Source: Promethearchaeota archaeon (lineage in GTDB: Archaea; Asgardarchaeota; Lokiarchaeia; Sigyniarchaeales; SOKP01). Taken from it: a stretch of DNA of 64,000 nucleotides. A model generated the notes under the pieces. That model was not told the origin of the DNA, made no database searches, and saw only the letters and a program-made list of their open reading frames with translations. A program made the translations under genes and the position numbers. Of the stretch, positions 1-10,585 are shown one piece after another. Location of the stretch: contig JAHPZI010000021.1 in NCBI GenBank assembly GCA_019058295.1, forward strand, positions 105,167-169,166, given 5' to 3'. The first letter of the stretch is position 1. Each line of letters begins with the position of its first letter.

Positions 1-1625
1 CTCAGCACCTTGCCATTTAAAGCTCCCGTGTGCTTGCCGTGATCGCATGTGATTTCCCCATTAACAATCACATACTCAATTCCTTCGGGAAATTGATTTC
101 CATTTTCAATTGTACCCATTTCTTTAATGAGTTTATAGTTAAATATGACAAGATCTGCTTTATATCCTTCCTTAATTACGCCTCTATCTTTGATTTGGAG
201 AATCGACGCTGGGAGAGAAGTCATCTTTCTTATGGCTTCTTCCAATGATATAATTTTCATTTCTCGCACCCATCTCGAAATAACTCTGGGAAAGGCACCA
301 TAAGCACGAGGATGACTATTTCCACCTATATTTAGATTAGCATCTGAGCTCGCGCAAGAAAATGGTTGTTTATAAAAAGGAATTACGCTCTTTTCCTCGT
401 CTTTCATCATATGGATTATTAATACTCCTCCTTCTTCGTCTCGCATAAAATCCAACATAGAATCTTCCAATTTTTTCCCAGGGTAAAGTTTTGTGAGCGT
501 TTCATGCATGGTTTTTCCGAGAAACTGGCGATTATTATTAACGTGAAGAAGTTTTACGCTTTTTGCGATTTTAGGATAGGCGAGTCGTTTCAACAAAAAT
601 TTAGGGATTAATCGGACAATAAAAGGGGCATCAGCTAAAAAGGCAGACGATAATCTCTCCCATACTTCCTTTTTAATTTGGTTTCTGGTTTTGGGATTGG
701 ACAAATTTTCTATGAAGTTTTCGAATACCCATGTATTTAATAATACAAACGGAAGACTGGTAACGCCATCATCATAGGGTACTACATCAGCAGTAATCTC
801 TATTCCTCCGTCTCGTGTATCTTCTAATAATTGAATGGCTTCTTTAACTAATTCTTCGGTATTATATTGGCTTAAAGTCATCCAATGTGAAATATGAGCC
901 CTAACATTAGCTTCTTGGGCTATACGAATGATTTCCTTCATTCCAATTTCAATGAACTTCGCACCATTATTTCTCAAATGAGAATTATAAATTCCATCAT
1001 ATTTACTTACTACCTTGGAAAGTTCGATAAATTCTTCAGTATCTGTAGTGGATCCTGGGGGATAATCTAAGCCAGTAGACAATCCAAATGCCCCAAATTC
1101 CATCCCTTCTCTGACTATCTGCTTCATTTGTGACAGTTCTTCTTGGGTTGCTTGGCGCATGTCTGCTCCCATTACGCAAGTTCTTATATTTATATGGGGG
1201 ACCATAAAGGCCAAATTGAGAGAAACCCCCATCTCCTCTAAAGCTCTCCTCATTTCCTGAAAGTCCCTGTAGATCGTAGGAGACACTCCCATTGCTATCG
1301 AAATAAACTCTTTATAAAATTTAATGAGGAAATCATTGGCAGGGGCAATTCCTAGACCACACACGCTAACTAATAAAGTTGTCATTCCTTGCATAACAAA
1401 AGATTCTGCTTTGTTCGCATCGACAATATTTAAATCAGCGTGGTTATGGATGTCTATAAATCCCGGGGACACAATTGTATTCGAGGCATCAATAAGTTTC
1501 GCGTTATCTGCAGTGAGATCAGAGCCAATTTTAACGATTTTATCCCCTTTAACAAGAACATCTGCTTTATATTTTGGTGTTCCTGTTCCATCAACTATAA
1601 GTCCATTTTTTATTAGAATATTCAT
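1..1625 (-). CDS. Amidohydrolase, N-acyl-D-amino-acid deacylase (D-aminoacylase) family; C-terminal end runs off the window
   Basis: Absent from the ORF track because it has no stop inside the window. The reverse-strand ATG at 1625-1623 gives MNILIKNGLIVDGTGTPKYKADVLVKGDKIVKIG... and DASNTIVSPGFIDIHNHAD, which carries the HxH metal motif of the amidohydrolase superfamily. The frame stays open to position 1. Track ORFs 30-248 and 1324-1659 are antisense to it. Confidence 0.8.
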   Translation of the reverse strand, partial: MNILIKNGLIVDGTGTPKYKADVLVKGDKIVKIGSDLTADNAKLIDASNTIVSPGFIDIHNHADLNIVDANKAESFVMQGMTTLLVSVCGLGIAPANDFLIKFYKEFISIAMGVSPTIYRDFQEMRRALEEMGVSLNLAFMVPHINIRTCVMGADMRQATQEELSQMKQIVREGMEFGAFGLSTGLDYPPGSTTDTEEFIELSKVVSKYDGIYNSHLRNNGAKFIEIGMKEIIRIAQEANVRAHISHWMTLSQYNTEELVKEAIQLLEDTRDGGIEITADVVPYDDGVTSLPFVLLNTWVFENFIENLSNPKTRNQIKKEVWERLSSAFLADAPFIVRLIPKFLLKRLAYPKIAKSVKLLHVNNNRQFLGKTMHETLTKLYPGKKLEDSMLDFMRDEEGGVLIIHMMKDEEKSVIPFYKQPFSCASSDANLNIGGNSHPRAYGAFPRVISRWVREMKIISLEEAIRKMTSLPASILQIKDRGVIKEGYKADLVIFNYKLIKEMGTIENGNQFPEGIEYVIVNGEITCDHGKHTGALNGKVL

Positions 1626-1790
1626 TTTCAAACAAAATAACATTGATTTTATAACATAAAAATCTTTTACCTTTCAGAGATATAAATAAAAATGAATCCC
1701 CAAGGAATGTAGATACTAAAGAGTATAAAAAAAATTTGAGTTTATTAACAAAAAATAAAGTTATATAGAGAAGCGTTTTTAAATATAAAT

Positions 1791-2864
1791 ATGCCGGTAT
1801 TAAATAAACGATTATTAAGACCAGATGTAAAGAAACTCCAGCAAAGGAGTCAAAAAATAATAACAAAAGGAGCACTCGAAATAGCGGAAAAGGAAGGGAT
1901 TGACATTATTAATATGCTCCTTATTATTTCAGAGGGAAATAAACGATTCTACCAAATACTCGAATCTGGAGAAGGTAAAATAGAAGATCTTTATGATCTT
2001 ATAAACAGAGACCAAATGAAACAGTTAGCAAAAGTTTTTCGAGGTGCTATGGAATATAAGGGGAAGATTCTTCAGGAACAGCATCCATTATCTCCAGATG
2101 TAAAAATTGAAAGGGTTGATGCTGGGGGAGTACCCGCAGAATGGGAAATCTCTGAGGGTGTTGATGAGGATAAAGTTCTATTATTTTTCCATGGGGGAGG
2201 ACATGTACTAGGATCTCCAGCTTCTAGTCGTCCTTATTCCGTTGAGATTGGAAAAGCTGCAAATATAAAAGTATTAAGTGTGGATTATGCTCTTGCTCCA
2301 GAACATCCATTCCCTGAGGGGCCAAATGATTGCTTAACATCTTATAAATGGCTTCTTTCCCAAGGTTTTAAACCAGAAAATATAATTGTTGGTGGAGCTT
2401 CAGCAGGTGGAAATATGACTCTCGTAACACTTCTTAAAATTAAAGAGGAGGGTATAACAATGCCTAGAGGTGCAATAGTTCTATCTCCTGGTATTGATTA
2501 TACTACAAACAGTAAAACCATACTAGAGAATGCCCCTACAGATTGTGTAATGGCAGATGTAGGCGTTTTTTGGTGGATTCCCGCATATCTTGATGGAGCT
2601 AATCCTAATGATCCACTTGTATGTCCAATATTTGCTGATTTTACCGGATTTCCTCCAATTTTAGTACAAGTAAGCACAAGTGAGATGGTTTATGATCATT
2701 CAACTAGATTAGTGGAATTCTCTAAAGCAGCAGGTGTTGATGCCACGTTACAAGAATGGGATGATATGCCTCATGTCTGGCAAAACTATGGTCTTTATGA
2801 TCTTCCTGAAGCAAAAGAAGCTATAGAGAAAATTGGGCAATTTGTAAAGGGACTATTTGGTTAA
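1791..2864 (+). CDS. Alpha/beta hydrolase, hormone-sensitive-lipase (HSL) family esterase/lipase
   Basis: Has the HGGG oxyanion motif (FFHGGGHVLGS) and the GxSxG nucleophile elbow (GGASAGGN). The C-terminal DxxH-type region is DDMPHVW. An extra N-terminal region of about 100 aa precedes the fold. Confidence 0.85.
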   Translation: MPVLNKRLLRPDVKKLQQRSQKIITKGALEIAEKEGIDIINMLLIISEGNKRFYQILESGEGKIEDLYDLINRDQMKQLAKVFRGAMEYKGKILQEQHPLSPDVKIERVDAGGVPAEWEISEGVDEDKVLLFFHGGGHVLGSPASSRPYSVEIGKAANIKVLSVDYALAPEHPFPEGPNDCLTSYKWLLSQGFKPENIIVGGASAGGNMTLVTLLKIKEEGITMPRGAIVLSPGIDYTTNSKTILENAPTDCVMADVGVFWWIPAYLDGANPNDPLVCPIFADFTGFPPILVQVSTSEMVYDHSTRLVEFSKAAGVDATLQEWDDMPHVWQNYGLYDLPEAKEAIEKIGQFVKGLFG

Positions 2865-2917
2865 GTATGAAGTATTTAATTCCCTTTATTAGAATGATAT
2901 GATTTGAGTAAATAAAG

Positions 2918-4159
2918 CTAATTTTTTTCATTATATTCATGAACTGCTTCGAGAGCTGCTACAATATTTTCAGGTGGGACATCTGGTAAAATATTATGAA
3001 TAGTATTCCATACATAACCTCCTCCAGGAGCAAATATCTCAAGTAGATTTGTTACATGTTCTTTAACTTCTGGGGGTGATTTAACATTTAAGACATGACG
3101 TGTATCTACTCCGCCTCCCCAGAAAGTAATGTCATCCCCAAATTCCTGCTTTAAGAATTTTGGATCCATACCTTTAACGTTTATTTGGACGGGATTTAAA
3201 ATATCAATCCCAATTTCGATCAAATCAGGAATTATTGGAGCAATTGCTCCGCAAGAATGGAAGAATATCTTCCAATTCGAATGTTTTTTTACATAATCGC
3301 AAGCAGCTTCAAGCCGAGGTTTAAATAATTTCTTAAAAATTCTTGGACTAAAAAGAGGCCCATGGTTTTCCCCGTAATCGTCCCCAAACACAATTATATC
3401 TACTGTATCTCCAAGATACTTGCAACTCAGAGAGAGCGAAGCAAGCTGAAATTCCATTAAAATATCTAAAAATTTGTCAACTTTATTGGTATACCTTATT
3501 ATATCTACTAGAACTTTATCCATCTTCTTTAATACCGTCATAAATTGAAAAAAACTTATACCACCATTCAACATTAATGCTCTTTCACTATTATTCTTTA
3601 ATTCAATAGATCTTCTCTTTAAATTACGCCAGAATCCTCTTTCTCCCAAATGGTTGAAGGGTGGAGGGATCATAGATATTGCATTTTTCATTAGAAGGGA
3701 TAATAATAATTGAGAATTATTAGGATAATCATCTTCAATTGGATAATAAACTTGGTCAATTACCAACGCAGCTGCTGACATACTTGCTACAACTTTACCA
3801 TCATGACGACATACATCCACAGACCCATCAGAATTAAACCGCGGTTTAAATGTTCTGGGAAACTGCGCTTGAATTCCATTAACTTCTACATCATACCATT
3901 CCTCATCCGAATCTGTGAATACCCTTCCGACATCCAAGCAATCCGCTTTAAAGTAGTCTAACATCTCATCCTCGATTTCTGCAAGCTGTTGACCAACATC
4001 ATGAATGCGCGTATGACCTCCTTTTATACCTAAATGTTCTTTTAGCTTGGTATAGGCAATAGCATGTATGCCTGTCTGCAAAGTAGCTCCAATATCTATA
4101 GGGACTCTATCCGGTTCTTTATGGTTAATAGCCGCAAGAATACGCTCTCTACTATTCAT
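2918..4159 (-). CDS. Uroporphyrinogen-decarboxylase (URO-D) family protein, MtaA/CmuA-like methyltransferase type
   Basis: The N-terminus MNSRERILAAINHKEPDRVPIDIG is typical of URO-D/MtaA family proteins. It is 413 aa and uninterrupted. Confidence 0.7.
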   Translation of the reverse strand: MNSRERILAAINHKEPDRVPIDIGATLQTGIHAIAYTKLKEHLGIKGGHTRIHDVGQQLAEIEDEMLDYFKADCLDVGRVFTDSDEEWYDVEVNGIQAQFPRTFKPRFNSDGSVDVCRHDGKVVASMSAAALVIDQVYYPIEDDYPNNSQLLLSLLMKNAISMIPPPFNHLGERGFWRNLKRRSIELKNNSERALMLNGGISFFQFMTVLKKMDKVLVDIIRYTNKVDKFLDILMEFQLASLSLSCKYLGDTVDIIVFGDDYGENHGPLFSPRIFKKLFKPRLEAACDYVKKHSNWKIFFHSCGAIAPIIPDLIEIGIDILNPVQINVKGMDPKFLKQEFGDDITFWGGGVDTRHVLNVKSPPEVKEHVTNLLEIFAPGGGYVWNTIHNILPDVPPENIVAALEAVHEYNEKN

Positions 4160-4250
4160 TTTATTTTCATCTCTAATAGATATTTTTATATTTTTATTTT
4201 TTCATTAAAAACGCTTGCACACGAGTTTAAAATTTGAGATTCTTAATATT

Positions 4251-4268
4251 ATTATTGTTTACAATAAT
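4251..4268. promoter_or_regulatory. 18-bp palindrome (ATTATTGT-TT-ACAATAAT) in the divergent intergenic region of the two URO-D-like genes
   Basis: Read directly. The 8-bp arms are exact reverse complements with a 2-nt spacer. AT-rich context raises the chance expectation. Confidence 0.25.
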
Positions 4269-4414
4269 CATATTAAAGAAAGAAGGTTATTTAAAATAAT
4301 ATTTGATTGGCATCGTAAAACAACTGCCTAAATTAATTTTTTATAATACATATCTTTCTAATAGTCATAGATATTGGAAAGATTTTATGTTTTTCAAGAT
4401 TTATATTATTAACT

Positions 4415-5545
4415 ATGAGTAATTTTTCTGAAAGGATCCTTCGTACATTTGAACACAAACCCATCGATCGAATTGTATGGCAACCTCGAATAATGTATTG
4501 GTATTTTAGTAATCAAGTTCATAGGCTTACACCGGAAAAATACCAGAGCGTTGAACAATTTGTACCTAAAGAATATATAGGAAAAAGCATTAAGGAAGTA
4601 TACAAAGATATAAATGCGTCTATTCGATATCCGGAGGAAACTTTCGGATTTGTAATATTTAACGAGGTTAAGAAAGCTAATCATCAAATCAGAATAAAAA
4701 GGATTAGATCAAAAGATAAGAAACATGTTATGAAAACCATAACACCCGTTGGTGAAGTGAGTCAGATAATTAAAGAAGAGCGGATTCTTGAGTTTCCTGT
4801 CAAAAGAATTGAGGATCTTAAAGTTATCAAGTATATAGAGGAACAAACTGATCTTGTGTTCAATGAATTCATGTACGAAAAAGCTAAAAAGGAAATGCAG
4901 GATTTTGGTATTCCAACTAGCTATTATTTCCGGTCCCCGTATATGAAATGCGTTCTTTCGTATTTAGGACTCGAACGAACAATCATTTATTTACGGAGGT
5001 ACAAGTCAGAAATGGAAGATTTCTTACATTATCTCGAGGATATTGATCTTGGCAAATATAAGAGAGTCATAACAAAATGTCCCTTAAAGCTATTAAACTT
5101 TGGCGAGAATATAGACCACCATCTTTCCTCCCCGCCATATTTTGAAAAATATCTTTTAGAATATTACGAAACGAGGGTTAAACTGCTCCACAATGTAAAT
5201 AAATTCGCATTTATTCATATTGATGGGTCTTTTAAGCATCTTTTACCATACCTTCCTTCAATGTCTTTCGATGGCTACGAGGCACTGACACCACCTCCTC
5301 AGGGAGATGTCCCCATAGAATCCATAGCTAAATCAATAGGAGATTCCGGAAAAATTGTACTTGATGTAATTCCAGCAACGCTTTTCTTGCGAAATTTCAA
5401 AGAATTAAAATTAATTGAGAAAACCAAGAAAATTCTCGAACTTTTCTCGCCCAACTTAATATTAGGAATAAGCGACGAATTATGCCACGGAGATGGGAGA
5501 AGATTGAAGACTGTTTCGAGAATTGTTGGTAAGTTTGAACCCTAA
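4415..5545 (+). CDS. URO-D-like family protein (divergent)
   Basis: The N-terminus SERILRTFEHKPIDRIVW resembles the URO-D family start. It is divergently paired with the 2918-4159 gene. The assignment is weak. Confidence 0.45.
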   Translation: MSNFSERILRTFEHKPIDRIVWQPRIMYWYFSNQVHRLTPEKYQSVEQFVPKEYIGKSIKEVYKDINASIRYPEETFGFVIFNEVKKANHQIRIKRIRSKDKKHVMKTITPVGEVSQIIKEERILEFPVKRIEDLKVIKYIEEQTDLVFNEFMYEKAKKEMQDFGIPTSYYFRSPYMKCVLSYLGLERTIIYLRRYKSEMEDFLHYLEDIDLGKYKRVITKCPLKLLNFGENIDHHLSSPPYFEKYLLEYYETRVKLLHNVNKFAFIHIDGSFKHLLPYLPSMSFDGYEALTPPPQGDVPIESIAKSIGDSGKIVLDVIPATLFLRNFKELKLIEKTKKILELFSPNLILGISDELCHGDGRRLKTVSRIVGKFEP

Positions 5546-5598
5546 TAGTAATTATTGCGTTCAATAAGTTTTTTATTATTTAATTTTTTTTCTCAGTC

Positions 5599-6471
5599 AT
5601 GAGTGAATTTTTTAATAAATATAAAGGAACGATCATAGGAATTGTTTTTATCACTGCGGGGATGCTTTTTTTCCTTATCATAGAAATTTTTCAGATTTGG
5701 ACTAGACCCCGAAGCGCAGGCCCTACTGGTTTCTGCGAATATTATGATCCGAATCTGCTAATAGGAGAACCTATGAATGCATGGTCCAACTTTTATTTTA
5801 TTGGAGCAGGAATGATCATTCTTATTTATTACGACCTCCTCCGCATGGAAAAACTAAATAGAAGAGAAGTTTATATACATAGAGATGAAAATATGCATTA
5901 TATTGTTACTTATGGCTTGTTAACAATATGGGTTGGAATAGCTAGCTTTTACATGCACGCCAGTTATGCGTGGACTCCATGGTTCTCCGCGGGCTTCTTA
6001 GACGTACTTTCCATGAATATGTACATGAGTGGATTGTTAATAATGTCCTTGGCGATTCTTTTTGATATCAAAAAACGGAATCTATATATAATACTCCTTA
6101 TAGATTTTATTTTAGTAGTAATTCTAATGAAAATAGGTCTTCCTCTTATTAGTCTGGGAGGAGGAGGATTATTCGAATTGCTTTTAGTAATTGCTTTCAT
6201 AAACGAGGTCTTGATTGGACTTGGAATATACTCAAGGGTTTTTAAGTATAAAGGGGCAAGACAAATTAAAAGAAATATTCTCATATTAGCTATCGCGGGA
6301 ATTACATTCGGTGTATCATATTGGCTCTGGCATTTTGGTAAAAGAAACGCACCAACATGTGATCCTCACTCTTGGTGGCAGTGGCATGCAGTTTGGCATT
6401 TTCTTAATGCATGTGCTATGTTAATGATTGGTTTATATATTCAGTCTGAAAGAGAAATAGAAATTAGCTAG
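5599..6471 (+). CDS. Alkaline ceramidase-like (CREST superfamily) polytopic membrane hydrolase
   Basis: FCEYYDPNLLIGEPMNAWSNFYF resembles the CE..Y....IAEF.NT.SN signature of alkaline ceramidases. His-containing TM motifs follow (YMHASY, WHAVWHFLNA). About 7 TM segments. Confidence 0.5.
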   Translation: MSEFFNKYKGTIIGIVFITAGMLFFLIIEIFQIWTRPRSAGPTGFCEYYDPNLLIGEPMNAWSNFYFIGAGMIILIYYDLLRMEKLNRREVYIHRDENMHYIVTYGLLTIWVGIASFYMHASYAWTPWFSAGFLDVLSMNMYMSGLLIMSLAILFDIKKRNLYIILLIDFILVVILMKIGLPLISLGGGGLFELLLVIAFINEVLIGLGIYSRVFKYKGARQIKRNILILAIAGITFGVSYWLWHFGKRNAPTCDPHSWWQWHAVWHFLNACAMLMIGLYIQSEREIEIS

Positions 6472-6524
6472 TCTATCTTACTCATCTTATTTATTATTCC
6501 AAAAATTTTTTGACTAAGATTAAT

Positions 6525-7568
6525 TCATTTTGTAATATCTCTAATGAAGTCAACTTCTTTTTGAATATATGGTGTTCCATCGGGATGAAATATATCATGA
6601 AACCATACTTCTGGTTCAGGATCTCCTTCCTTTGACAACCATGGATAAATTGTTTGAGTTTTTCCTGCAACAAGCCCCCAATTAATACATCCCACATTTG
6701 CCTCTTTAAAAACCGGGAGATGAGTCTCAAAAAGACTTGTTGGTCTAGCCATGTATTCAGTGCAAATTATTGGTCGACCGTGTTTTTTCAATTTGGATAT
6801 TTGCCTTTTCAAGGATCTGAAGTTGGAATAATTATGGAATGAAATAAAATCAGAAAGTGTTGACTGAATCCTATTAAACTCCTCAAATATTTTTACAGAT
6901 ACTTTTCTTTGATTCCAGATCCCAACGGTTAAAGGCTGTGATGGGTTTATTTCACGGGCCCACCGATACGTCTCGATCAATAATGGTAATGATTTTTCAA
7001 GCATTCGTTCATTACCTGGTTCATTATAGAGATCCCATCCTAAAATACGATTATCTTGAGAAAATTCTGTAAGAATTTCTTGCACGTATTGTTTTAACAT
7101 TGGCCAGACGGATTTATCAACAACTCGCTTATTTCCAGGACTTGCAGCCCAACCAGAATTATGTATTCCTGGAATTGGTTCTGGTTGTTTACCTATTTTT
7201 GGATCTTGTACCCAACAATCATCAAAAAAAACAAAAAGAACTTTCATTTGATGTTTTTCACATATTTCAAGAAGTTCTTTAATCCGTTTTTTTAATCCTG
7301 AGGCATCTTGCTCCCATAATAAGTAATGCAAATAGATTCTTAATATATTAAAACCAATTGATCGTGCCCAACCAAGCTCTTTATCAATCTGATCACTATC
7401 AAAAGTATCGGCTTGAAACATTTCAAGCTGATTGATAGCATTACTGGGAATAAAATTACATCCTACAAGCCAAGGGTGTTGCGCATACCATTCATTGGCT
7501 TTTTCTTTCGACCATGTTAATTTTTCTAAATCTGAATTATCAGTGTTCATTTTGCATGCGCCAACCAC
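6525..7568 (-). CDS. Glycoside hydrolase, clan GH-A (GH5-like)
   Basis: Carries the WDLYNEPGN acid/base NEP motif. Also has FNILRIYLHY and VFFDDCW strands typical of a (beta/alpha)8 glycosidase. The likely start is the Met at 7550 (MNTDNSD). Confidence 0.65.
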   Translation of the reverse strand: MVGACKMNTDNSDLEKLTWSKEKANEWYAQHPWLVGCNFIPSNAINQLEMFQADTFDSDQIDKELGWARSIGFNILRIYLHYLLWEQDASGLKKRIKELLEICEKHQMKVLFVFFDDCWVQDPKIGKQPEPIPGIHNSGWAASPGNKRVVDKSVWPMLKQYVQEILTEFSQDNRILGWDLYNEPGNERMLEKSLPLLIETYRWAREINPSQPLTVGIWNQRKVSVKIFEEFNRIQSTLSDFISFHNYSNFRSLKRQISKLKKHGRPIICTEYMARPTSLFETHLPVFKEANVGCINWGLVAGKTQTIYPWLSKEGDPEPEVWFHDIFHPDGTPYIQKEVDFIRDITK

Positions 7569-7573
7569 TAGTA

Positions 7574-8944
7574 TTATTTTTTAGCATCTATTTCTTTCCG
7601 TCTAGTTTTCATTAATTCTCTACATTCGATTGCTTCTTTGGAGTAATTTAAATATGGGATTATCAAAATAAAACTGCTACAAATGTAAATTATTAAAAGT
7701 AATATAATCGCCATTGATAAATTTGATAATGAGTCTTGAAGCATAACAGCCACCATAAGATGTCCTATGATCCCTCCGATATTATTCATTATTAACCCTA
7801 TTGAATTTATAGTGCTTCTTTCCTCAGGAGTACATACTTCAGAGTATATAGCACCGTAATTTCCCACGGCAAACGCCCCAATTAAGTAAGAGAAAAATCC
7901 TATAATTAATAGTAAGGTCCAAGATATTATAAAGAGAATTAAGGTTGATTTATTAAACGGGATCATGTAAAAAATGAATAAGGTAAAAGACCCACCCATA
8001 ACAGAAATTATCACTAATGCAACTCGTCTTCGGGGTTTTCCAGATTTATATAATTTATCCCCGATTTTTCCTCCAATTAAATTTCCAAATAAGTTCCCAA
8101 ACCCAGTTAAGATAATTAATAGCGTAGAATAAAACATAGCCACTTCCCTATTACCTCCAAATTTTATAGAAAAATAATATAATGTCCATAATCCAAGGGG
8201 AATTATACAAATAGATGAAATTAAACCGAATATTAAAATACCAGCAACGGTTCGTTTTTTAAATAATCTCTTAAATTTTTCAAATGTTATCTTATAGTCA
8301 TATTCAATATTGCCCTCAAAATCGTGGAATTCTGGTTCAACTCGCCCCCTCTCGGGTTCAATTCCGAAATGATAATAATTAATTATATTCAAAAATCCTA
8401 AGAAAGCAATCAAAACGTATGTAATTCTCCATCCAAGAGGTCCTAAAAAAGAGTTGAATATGGCGCCAAAAAGAATTCCCCCTCCAGCTCCGAGAATATT
8501 CCAAAAACTCATTACTCCATATTTATTTCCTCTCTCTTCTGGAGGATATAATTCTGCTACCATTGTAACTGCTAATGGAGTAAATGCTCCTCCAGCAAAT
8601 GAAGATATAGCTAAGCAAATAGAATAAAAAATAAAGTGTTGCGCGAAAGCAGCTAATCCGAGAGAGGTAAATAAAATAGCTTCTGAAACAATCAAAACAT
8701 TTTTCTTAGCATTTTTCTTGGTCAATTTTTCGCTTAAAAAACCGAAAAAAATTGTGCTAATTAAAAGCATAGCAGTAGTTATCGCTACTAAAATACTTAG
8801 CAAAAAAGGTGTGGTTCCTGAAATGTTTTCGATGATATAAATGATACTTACTGCAAGGATTGCTCCCCCCCAATAATGTGCTGAAGTAAATTGGCACATA
8901 ATTAGAAAAGTTCTATCTATTTCTTTCTGTTGGTGGTCATTCAT
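7574..8944 (-). CDS. MFS-type transporter
   Basis: 456 aa with about 12 hydrophobic segments and a central loop. Gly-rich TM helices. Confidence 0.7.
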   Translation of the reverse strand: MNDHQQKEIDRTFLIMCQFTSAHYWGGAILAVSIIYIIENISGTTPFLLSILVAITTAMLLISTIFFGFLSEKLTKKNAKKNVLIVSEAILFTSLGLAAFAQHFIFYSICLAISSFAGGAFTPLAVTMVAELYPPEERGNKYGVMSFWNILGAGGGILFGAIFNSFLGPLGWRITYVLIAFLGFLNIINYYHFGIEPERGRVEPEFHDFEGNIEYDYKITFEKFKRLFKKRTVAGILIFGLISSICIIPLGLWTLYYFSIKFGGNREVAMFYSTLLIILTGFGNLFGNLIGGKIGDKLYKSGKPRRRVALVIISVMGGSFTLFIFYMIPFNKSTLILFIISWTLLLIIGFFSYLIGAFAVGNYGAIYSEVCTPEERSTINSIGLIMNNIGGIIGHLMVAVMLQDSLSNLSMAIILLLIIYICSSFILIIPYLNYSKEAIECRELMKTRRKEIDAKK

Positions 8945-9199
8945 AATATGAAAAAAACGATAATGATATCAATAATTTATTTTGAATTCTTACTATTGCA
9001 AATAGACTTATTAATATAAAATATTTTTTTTATTAGTAATTTTATAATCAAATCCATCCCGAATCCCTCAAAATGAAGCCCTATGGAATGATAATATTAA
9101 TTTCTTATCATCTGTTCAATATTTAAATTTTTATCAAAAAACATTAATTTATTACTAATTTACAACAATTATAAGAATATTTTAAAATAAGCAATTACA

Positions 9200-10426
9200 A
9201 TGACTGAAAGTTCCGAAATTTCAAAAGAGAAATTAGATAAACGGATTCTTATAATTTTTTTAATAATTTTTACAGAAGTTTTAGGCTTTAGCATGGTGGC
9301 TCCAGTAATCCCATTTTTAGCGTTATCTCTTGGATTGAATGTATTGCAGATTGGGTTGATTTTGAGTATTTTTAGTTTATGTCAGTTTTTTGCCAGCCCC
9401 GTGACAGGCAAATTAAGCGATCGTTATGGAAGAAAACCACTTTTAATAATTAGTCAGATTAGCACATTGATTGGTTTTATATTATTAGGTTTAGCAAATA
9501 GCGTTTGGATTTTAATTTCGGCTCGTTTGGTTGATGGGCTTTTAGGCAGCAATATGACGGTTAGTCAAGCTTATATTAGTGATGTAACTGAGCCAAAAAA
9601 TAGAACTAAAGTATATGGATATTCCAGTGCTGTTTTTGGTGCAGGATTAATCTTCGGACCATTAATAGGAGGAATACTTTCAACTATAAGTTATTCTACT
9701 CCGATGTTTTTTGCTGCTGTGGTAAGCTTAGTCTCAATTTTATTAATTGTTATTTTTCTCCCAGAATCTTTAACTGTAAAAGAAGAAAAGGTTAAAATTA
9801 CATTTAATGATATTTTTCCTATTGATGATGCTAAAAGGTTTTTTAAAGACTCGAAAATTAGAAAAATACTCATTATTTTCTTTCTCTATAGTTTTGGATT
9901 TATGCTCTTTATTTCTACTTATGCTCTCTTCGCTGAAATGCAAATAAATGTCACGGCTCTTGAAGTGGGATTTTTTATGGCTTGGATCGGAATATTAAGA
10001 GTATTCTTTCAAACTGTTTTGATAAGGCCTCTTCAGAAGACATTTGGTGAGAATAAAATCTTAAAAATTGGAATAATTTCAATGATTACTGCCTTTACTC
10101 TTCTTTTTTTTACAACAACCTTTCTTTTTGCTTTTATACCTTTAGTTTTTATAGCTTTTGGGACTGGAATTTGCCGTCCTGTACTTACAAGCAAATTAGC
10201 AAATAGTGTTGAACGAGAAGAGACAGGAAGTCTTCTTGGTGTGAACAATGCACTTACGAGTATCGCAATGATAATTACACCAATACTAGGTGGAGTAATC
10301 TTATATTATTTAAGTTCTCAAACCTTACCCGTTATTTCAGCATCATTTTTTGTAATTATATTTATTATATTGTTATTCAGCGTTTCGGAAAAAGATTCAC
10401 TCCAAGAAGATATAACTGAAAATTAG
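9200..10426 (+). CDS. MFS transporter (drug/H+ antiporter-like)
   Basis: Has MFS motif A (GKLSDRYGRKPLL). 12 predicted TM segments. Confidence 0.85.
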   Translation: MTESSEISKEKLDKRILIIFLIIFTEVLGFSMVAPVIPFLALSLGLNVLQIGLILSIFSLCQFFASPVTGKLSDRYGRKPLLIISQISTLIGFILLGLANSVWILISARLVDGLLGSNMTVSQAYISDVTEPKNRTKVYGYSSAVFGAGLIFGPLIGGILSTISYSTPMFFAAVVSLVSILLIVIFLPESLTVKEEKVKITFNDIFPIDDAKRFFKDSKIRKILIIFFLYSFGFMLFISTYALFAEMQINVTALEVGFFMAWIGILRVFFQTVLIRPLQKTFGENKILKIGIISMITAFTLLFFTTTFLFAFIPLVFIAFGTGICRPVLTSKLANSVEREETGSLLGVNNALTSIAMIITPILGGVILYYLSSQTLPVISASFFVIIFIILLFSVSEKDSLQEDITEN

Positions 10427-10427
10427 A

Positions 10428-10550
10428 TATACTGCTGATGATCGAACAATTATGGCTGTTCGGCATAATTAATTCCGAGTAGAAGGACTTCAATTCCACC
10501 CCGAATTCATCTTAAATTATTTTTTCATAAACTTTTTAAAGGAGCAATGC
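10428..10550 (+). pseudogene. Remnant of a class I glutamine amidotransferase (TrpG/PabA-like) C-terminus with an in-frame stop
   Basis: One frame reads YTADDRTIMAVRHN*FRVEGLQFHPEFILNYFFINFLKEQ. IMA.RH and G.QFHPE are the diagnostic TrpG/PabA C-terminal motifs and include the catalytic His-x-Glu. A TAA stop lies at 10470-10472, and there is no upstream coding partner. Confidence 0.5.
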
Positions 10551-10585
10551 TCCTTTATCCTAATTACTAATATAAAATATTTAAT

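Noticed and set aside
6494-6730. 78-aa minus-strand ORF overlapping the 3' end of the glycosidase gene
   Set aside because: It is an alternative frame within a gene that has clear GH clan-A motifs, and it has no independent signals.
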